DNA of 64,000 nucleotides from Curvularia clavata. Taxonomy: Eukaryota. A program made the translations under genes and the position numbers. Shown here piece by piece: positions 63,812-64,000 of this stretch (the stretch's first letter is position 1; every line of letters begins with the position of its first letter). A model generated the notes under the pieces. That model had not been told where the DNA came from, ran no database searches, and saw nothing but the letters and a program-made list of their open reading frames with translations. The DNA lies in NCBI GenBank assembly GCA_023920165.1, contig CP089280.1, positions 1,984,001 through 2,048,000 on the forward strand. Reading direction: 5' to 3'.

Positions 63812-64000
63812 GCTCGGTCGGGGGCTATACTGGTCCAGCAGCAGTGGATAGGGGATGGGAGGGTCCCATGGGTCTTCAGGCGAGCGGCATCTGGGGATGG
63901 GGTTGCGGTGCGGAGAGTCTTCTGGGGGCGAGAGTCGAGAGTCGCGAGTGTGGGTTAAGCGTCGAGGCCAAGTGGGAGTGGGCTGGGCGAAGCTTGAGGG

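Overview
This is eukaryotic, intron-containing DNA from a filamentous ascomycete; protein style suggests Dothideomycetes/Pleosporales (inference). About 19 spliced protein-coding genes are present, mostly housekeeping: CDC25 RasGEF (truncated by the window edge), an AmdA-like C2H2 transcription factor, NHP2, the TFIIIC B-block-binding subunit, UreD, Mgm1, Aim6-like, Pdr16, Pol12, Dcn1, RPL32, Cul4, Scc3, RPS29, Mvp1 and PalH. There is also a small secreted protein and two hypothetical genes. I found no rRNA, intact tRNA, CRISPR array or transposon. The standout locus (44444-47050, minus strand) is a secreted Kex2-processed repeat precursor. It carries 12 E[N/D]WYG[V/I][L/M] peptides plus other repeat classes. 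Two downstream exons missed by the ORF track encode a 6-Cys CS-alpha-beta defensin-like domain and an acidic tail, making it a candidate multi-peptide plus defensin polyprotein. Other notable signals are duplicated B-box-like 12-mers in the TFIIIC subunit's own promoter (possible autoregulation) and alternative N-terminal exons in DCN1. All gene models were read by eye and need RNA-seq confirmation.
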